Positions 56,990-64,000 of a stretch of DNA of 64,000 bases are shown here, piece after piece. Numbering within the stretch: position 1 is the first letter of the stretch; each line of letters opens with the position of its first letter. Source of the stretch: Amoebidium appalachense (Eukaryota; Protista; Ichthyosporea); contig CAVNZM010000016.1 in the NCBI GenBank assembly GCA_963693365.1, positions 7,051,029 to 7,115,028 of the forward strand, read 5' to 3'. Below the pieces are notes generated by a model. That model was not told the origin of the DNA and searched no databases. It saw nothing but the letters and a program-made list of their open reading frames with translations. A program made the translations under genes and the position numbers.

Positions 56990-59900
56990 CCTATAGCTAG
57001 CACCGTCGCACTTGGAGCACACACGTGCAATGGGCTCTCAATGGCGGCTTTTCAAGGGACCCCAATCTTTAAATTTCAACATCATGATGTATGATGATGG
57101 CATCAATGCTATTGATCGGTCGTTACAGTAACCTGAGGTTTGCTTTGCAGACCGTGCCGTCACTGAACAACAACGGTAAAATTCAACACAATCATTGCCA
57201 GTCACTCGGACATCAAATTGGTATTTCAAGGCGGCCCGGCGTCACGGTCCTGGGAATGAGTCAGGAAAATCCACTCACCGTCAAGCTACCTCACACACTG
57301 TGAAGTCGACCACAGATGGACGAGAGTCCACCTCGCTGAGAGGGCCCTGCGAGACATGTACACGTGTTGCCATACGGTATGCTTGAAATGGCACGAGTCA
57401 GGGCACACACTGCACAGTAGCTATAGACTAAAAATTTAATGCGACACTCAGCCTGAACAGTACTAGCTAGTACCGTGACAGTGAGTGCATAACTTACCCA
57501 ACGGTTTCAAGATGGAACGGCCACGGTTGCTTCACTGTAGCTGAGCAGGTGGCGTCACCACATGAGATGTTTTTGCTTGCATTGCCGGGATTGGGAGTCT
57601 ATATCCAACGCTACTCAGGCTGAAATTGTGTGCACGTGGAGAAACTCTCAACGATTTTTCGCCGAGCTCGTGAGACTGACCTTTCAAGGCACCGAAACGT
57701 ATGATACACTAGTACACCCAAAAGTGTTTTTGAAACGCCGTGACTAACTATTGTCCAACCGACTTATTCAGGACGTTGTTATTATCGTGGCACCAGCTAG
57801 AACCGGGCACGTGGGTGTCACTGAGCGATCGAGTGTTAGTAACATTCGACTCCCTGAGTTGCCAACTCCCAGTGGCATACTATATGTACACAACGGTTGA
57901 AATGTACCCTTGAGTACTAGCGTGACGGCGATGTCACCTCAGGGTGAGTTGTAAATGCTTTTCGGGCAGCTTGGCTTGGCAACACTAGCTGTGCATTTTG
58001 CCACAAAGGAGTAACTACAGTATAGACCGGTTTAGAAATGTTTTTTTTCAAATTCTGCCTAACTTTATATGGCTCACCGGAACTATTCGAATCTTGTGAT
58101 TGGTTGCGCCAAAAGTAAGGGCCAAGGTAAGGGCCGTTCAGGCGGTGACAGGCCAAAATCTCAGACCGACAGCCTCTAGAGATCTCAAAAGCAGTTAGGC
58201 CCCGATTTTACTTAGAAAGTTGGTTTTCGTCCATAAGAAAAAGTTTTAGGAAATAAAGAGGCGCGCAATTTTTTTTTCTTTTGACTCGGGTTTATTGATT
58301 CGTTGACGCAAAAATGATATAAGCAGTCGGGGTGCTCCGACAACGCCTACATCGCTAAAATCATCAAAACCCGTCTTGCATATGTAGCCTCTTACCACCT
58401 TGCCTCGAGGTCGATCGTCTATGATGAAATTATGGTTTTGCCTGTCTTCGCTACGAAATAGGCGCCGGACACACCATGTTGCTTATACAAGAATTGCTTG
58501 TCGCTTTGACCCCATTTCTATTTAAATTATTGATTCTAAGCATTATAAGCAGGATTTGGTATATGACCGCCGATCACTCAGCCCTTCCTTCATTTCGCCA
58601 GTTCGGCTGGCTGGATCTCCCTAGAGCGAAGCAAGCACATCGAGATTCTCAATTTGTATATCTAAATTGGTCTATAGTTCCTGCGTCATGAAAGCTGCTA
58701 CACCCTTCTTCGAATTTCAATTGGTCACGAAGTTGACAATCATGTGAGAAGGTTTAAATTGCTCTTTTACTGTATGCCTTGTGTGGGTATGTACCCACGG
58801 CGGGGGCCTCCGCTTGACAAAACTCCAATGTTGAGGGGAGACTTTTTTCAAGCGCTCCGACTGAGTTTATATACCCCTAAATTTATACCCACTCGAGTCG
58901 TTTTGTAAGGTTACAGCTTGTGACTTCGGAAGTCAGTCGGAAGCACAAACGACAGTGAGCGCCTGTCGGAGTGGTGGCCACGGATTTCTCGAGGACCACG
59001 GTGGTGGCTCGCTCGGAACCGTGATGATGACGCGCCAGCCCATTCCCACACGTGATCCCGCTGAGTACGCGTGAGCATTCGCAGCCCACTCGTGGTGCGT
59101 TCCGCACCAATGCGTTGGCCGCCAAAATCTCTAACCGTTCGATAACTAGTACTGGTATGCGTTGGTTCAATAACTGCTGCATGATACGTACACCGTAACA
59201 CGTCCCGTGTGAATTCTTCAGTTGCACAAACAAAGATGCACGGTTCCGTATATAGTGTACATGTGTGGCCCATCTAAATTATAACGTTTTTCTGTCCATG
59301 ATTGCCACTGCAACTTGCCGAATGGGTACGTGTGTCGCCATTTTGAGGTGATCATGAAGATCGGGTCGATTCGATCAGATTGGCCGGGCCGGCGATCAAT
59401 ACTAATTTGGGAGATATGATTATAAAATAGTTCCTATTTAGAAATTCGGAATGTAAATGTATTCCTGTACAAAACTAATATTAATGTTGCCCCACCACAC
59501 CAAAAATCGCAACAGACAAAATCTCTTCCCGCAAATATCCCATTCCCCAGGGATTACAATTGATATCAAGTTGCATTATTGTGAATTTGAAAGCATTTTT
59601 CACCCAACACCGGTATGTGGCCGTAGTGGCAAGGCGCACGCGCCAAGTTCACTGACAAAAAAGGCTAAATAGCCATTACTATTTACAGCTTACCACATGC
59701 ACAAAAAGCCAACAACTATCAACGGTTATTCTGTGAATATTAATTTTTAGCATGTTTACAGGAAAACATCGATATCTGGGTGGATGCATATGAGACTCTT
59801 TGGCCTCAAATCAAGTTAAAAAGGATTGAAATATGCAATCGCATTCGATTCTATTGGCTACAAGGAAAACCTACTTTGGCACATTTTCATGGCAAATTCC

Positions 59901-60734
59901 TTCTGTACTGTAAATCATTGTACATCAATCAGTCATCAATTACAGCCAAAGATCATAATTTCGCCACAAATAGAAAAAGACACACACGAGTATACACAAG
60001 TAAAAATACTTGCAAATTAAAATCTTAAAAGAACACAACGCTTTTTATTGGGTAAGCAACTCTGTTATATTAGAATCAGAAATTAGTCGCGTGAGACGTT
60101 TTTCGTATCCGTTTTTGTGCATGTGAAAGATTGATGTTCTTATTGGCTAATAGTCAAGGCCAATTATGTCGCTATGCTGATTCGTCTGCTGAGGAATGTG
60201 TGAAGTTGTGAACACCAGTGACCTGATATTCACCTAGGTGTTCGCCAATAAATGCATAATTATATATATACATATATACATATATACATATATACACACA
60301 CATATATATACATTGTAGTTTTTCCGTCTTAGTCACTACAACAACTTCATACTTGAAGTAATCGACATCTGAATATCTTGATGGGTTCCTTGCTGGGGCA
60401 TGCGCATGCATGCGGACGCCGGGCCCATGTGTCGTCAAAACGCCGCATGACGTTGATCTATCCAGGAATGATGCCTGCGAAAACGAAGCGTATACTGTAA
60501 TCCGCCCTTCGGGAGACCGGCGCCAAAGTTTTTTTATGCAGCTGCGCCAAAGTAGCCTATACATGTACATGGCGGATACGGTTAGAGAGTCTCGTTCCTA
60601 CATAGATTCGTTTATTCGTAATGTGGCATGGTGTAAAAACGCAATGATGATTATGTGTCAGTGGCGGTGTAATCGGTTTCAGGGTGTCTCCTGCTCGTAC
60701 GTGTAATATGTGTGGGGGGGGGCTTTACTCGCGC

Positions 60735-60834
60735 CACGTACATAGATGTCGGGTGGTGACTATATATCAGGGTTTACTTTCTCTACGAGACACCATAAAG
60801 ACTACAAGGAGAAATCAATTAGTTGGGGTTCCCC

Positions 60835-60913
<79 letters not shown>

Positions 60914-61014
60914 CGGGGAACCCCAACTAATTGATTTCTCCTTGTAGTCTTTATGGTGTCTCGTAGAGAAAGTAAACCCTGATATATAGTCACCACCCGA
61001 CATCTATGTACGTG
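60735..61014. mobile_element. fold-back/MITE-like element: perfect ~100-bp inverted arms around a poly-T/poly-A centre
   Basis: cacgtacatagatgtcgggtgg...agttggggttccccg-(T)n(A)n-cggggaaccccaact...ccacccgacatctatgtacgtg. Possible TA target site flanking CATAGA..TCTATG termini. Confidence 0.65.
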
Positions 61015-61435
61015 ATCATGATATACCGCTGAGGGGATATTCCGAGCAAAACCCCCCCCCCCCATACCTGAGACTGGTTCTCTTTGCCTCGAGTAAACAG
61101 CGTAAACCCATGCATATCTATCAATAAGCGTGACCTGTTAGCTGAACGTAATAGAACCGGAGGTGATGGGCGGTTTTATTCTCTTTAAATTTTCCACCTC
61201 CCTTCCTCAATATATGCGTTATAAAATGACTATTATAGATCACCTTATAAATGCTGCACAGTATGATATTGTGATATGGTGCCAGCTTCGGATGAATTTT
61301 CAGTACTAAGGTTATTAGCAATTCAGTGACAAGTAATCCCTCACTCAGACCTGCAGCTGAGTTGCACAATCACCACACACACTACGTGCACCTCCCAGGT
61401 GCTCACTGTGACAGTGACCTCCCTCTTCGCGAAGT

Positions 61436-61489
61436 CTTTCTCTCTCGCTCCCTCTCCGACTCTCAGCTCTCTATCTCTCCCTCTCTGAG

Positions 61490-61568
<79 letters not shown>

Positions 61569-61628
61569 GATCTCAGTCTCTCTCTCTCTCTCTCTCTGAG
61601 TCTCGCGAGATCTGAGACTCTTTCTCTT
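61436..61628. repeat. (TC)n microsatellite
   Basis: Directly visible. Confidence 0.9.
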
Positions 61629-62642
61629 TAAAATTCTCCTAAAATAAAAAGGTTTCTACTAGTCTAGTCTTACTAAAAAAAAACTTGGTTGGTTGTATTT
61701 TAATACTGTTCTGTGGCGCTACCGAAGCCCTGAATTTCAAAGTTTGTGACGGTACGTATACGACGGAGAAAGTCCGATATCGAACGCAATGGAGTCACGT
61801 GTGTACATGTGGCAGCGGTGGCAGTACTGCGTACACATGTGGCACTGTATGCCACGGGCGGCCACAGTATCACAAGTTGTGCCATCTGTCAGGTGAGAGA
61901 GTGATGATGTTACGGTGCACATGATCAGTATTCGGGTGTCATGCAGTGCAGTTGCAAGGGCCTGGAGGCCCACGCGGCACAATAATTGGAACACAATAAT
62001 ATTCCCCCCCCCCCCCCCCCCCCCCCCGCCCCAGTCGACTCGACAGGCCTCAGCGGCCACAGCGCTAAGTATGATAAAATCAATCGATCTGATAGAAACG
62101 TCTTCCAGATATCGCGACCAAGCACTTTTAAAGGGGGTTTCTTTTAGCTTTTCGGGCCGGGTCGGGTCAGAGGCGATTCTAGCTATATGATTGGTGTGCT
62201 GCGCATCAATTGCGCACCATGGTTTGGCTGGAAGCAAGGTACAGATGCGCCATAACACAAGAACAAAGAAAAAGAAAAGAGAAAAAAAAAAGAAAAATAT
62301 ATAAGACTGCAGTTCATATCATGATTATATGCTGAATAAATGGCTTGACCCGGATGTGCTGGAATTGGTGCAATTAATCGGCCTAAAAGAAACCCCCCTT
62401 TAAGCAGCTCTAAAACCGCTTTTTCAATAGTAAACTGCGGTTCGCGTATTATAGAAAGTTGTTATACATATGCATATTATAGGCTTTGTAGCGATACCCT
62501 ACTTGTTGGGGGTCTCTTAGCAAGAACGCGATCGAAAAATAAAAAAAACCTCAAATTTTGGTCTAGACGACGTGTTTTGACGTCTTCCGGTCCTGGGAGA
62601 TAGGATAATCAATTATCACATATGGCCACACCATCTTTAAAA

Positions 62643-62712
62643 TGTGTGTGAGTGTGTGAGTGAGACACGGGTAGGTGTGAATGTACATGACATTGTGTGT
62701 GTGTATGTATGT

Positions 62713-62796
<84 letters not shown>

Positions 62797-62820
62797 ATGT
62801 GTGTGTCAGTGTGTGTGTGT

Positions 62821-62911
<91 letters not shown>

Positions 62912-62952
62912 AGTGTTTGGGGGGAGGGGGGGGAGGAGGGGGGGGGGGGGGG
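62643..62952. repeat. (TG)n microsatellite followed by poly-G
   Basis: Directly visible. Confidence 0.9.
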
Positions 62953-63505
62953 GTCACAGTGTTGTTGTTCAGAACACGACATGTGTCAACTTGAAGTGAC
63001 AGTTAAACGTTCAACAGTCAGGGTGGACACTAGCCGCTAGTAGTTCTACTAGTATTGACTTACGGAAGGATTTGCACAGGACAATATGCGGGCCCCTCGG
63101 AATATAATGAGATCACATTATAGAGTTTAGGGATTATAAAACTGCAGCTGAAACACAAAATGTTTAAAATTGAATAATTTTATTCAATGATTAACCTGGT
63201 CCATCGCTAGCGCTCATATGCGTGCACTAAGACTAATAGATATTAATAGTAGTATGCCAACGACATTTTATTTCAGAATCTTGCGTTTCTCATATCATAG
63301 GTAGGCGATTTTGTTCTGACATTAACACGGCATGCCCCAATCGAGCTAGCGCTGAGACAAAATGCTATCTGCAGTAGGGCTACATGGAACAAATATGTAC
63401 ACCGGACCCCCCCCCGACCCGACCCGACCCGACCCCCCCCCCCCCCTTCCCCCGGGCAAACACACACACACACACACACACACTGGCACACACACACACA
63501 CACTG

Positions 63506-63551
<46 letters not shown>

Positions 63552-64000
63552 CTTCTCCCCTGTACCAACCCACCAACTAGCCTAGAGAAACCAACCAGGC
63601 CGCCAAGATACCTTCAATAAAATGGCACTACGGGCCTTCCATGACATTGTAGGAGTCAAGAGAAAACACGGGATCAATTAACAGAGAATAATTACATGGT
63701 AGCTAGTGACTAAGTCTTACCGCGATGGAAAATACCCCTCTCTGTCAATCGCCATGTGCATCATATGCAGAGCCAAAGCCCTTATATACCACAGAGACCT
63801 CAACCCCTTGTGTGCGTTATTCTCCAAATTGTGATTTTCCGTAGCTCCTTATACTGTAAATAACTATGATGATTCCGTGGCATAATTAACAAAAAAAAAA
63901 TCTGCAGGTGCTATTCCGTCTATTCCACCAACAAAACAATCCAACTTCACACCAAGACGTACATTTCATTCGTCGCCTTTGTGATGGTATCGACACCTCA

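Noticed and set aside
58883-60706. ORFs of 80-130 aa in unique sequence, possible transposase or viral remnants
   Set aside because: No recognisable catalytic or structural motif in any frame I read.
61915-62258. Possible exon(s) beside the poly-C tract
   Set aside because: Neither strand nor frame could be established, and no partner exons were found.

Overview
Eukaryotic genomic DNA with spliceosomal GT-AG introns, most consistent with a unicellular opisthokont (the taxon is an inference). Almost all ORFs in the supplied track are artefacts of (CA)n/(TG)n and poly-C/poly-G tracts. Reading between the repeats and checking splice phases by hand gave six gene models: (1) the 5' part of a RhoGAP gene (minus, runs off the left edge); (2) a 23-exon MscS-like mechanosensitive channel with an EF-hand (minus, 3765-22891, about 740 aa); (3) a divergently transcribed, disordered Pro/Ser/Thr-rich protein with SxIP, RVxF and KEN motifs (plus, from 23820); (4) a 6-exon, 530-aa protein with six copies of a motif I do not recognise, [16 protein letters not shown] (minus, 32909-37282); (5) a decayed class C GPCR whose ectodomain resembles a solute-binding protein (minus, about 40733-47266); (6) an intronless GATA-type zinc-finger gene with an atypical C-x7-C-x20-C-x2-H finger (minus, 54336-55727). 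There are also minisatellites and two fold-back elements. The strongest unexplained signal is an oriented intron grammar: weak donors are followed by poly-C, and (CA)n sits directly before the acceptor in place of a polypyrimidine tract. Several introns also have mutually complementary repeat ends or tandemly duplicated splice sites.
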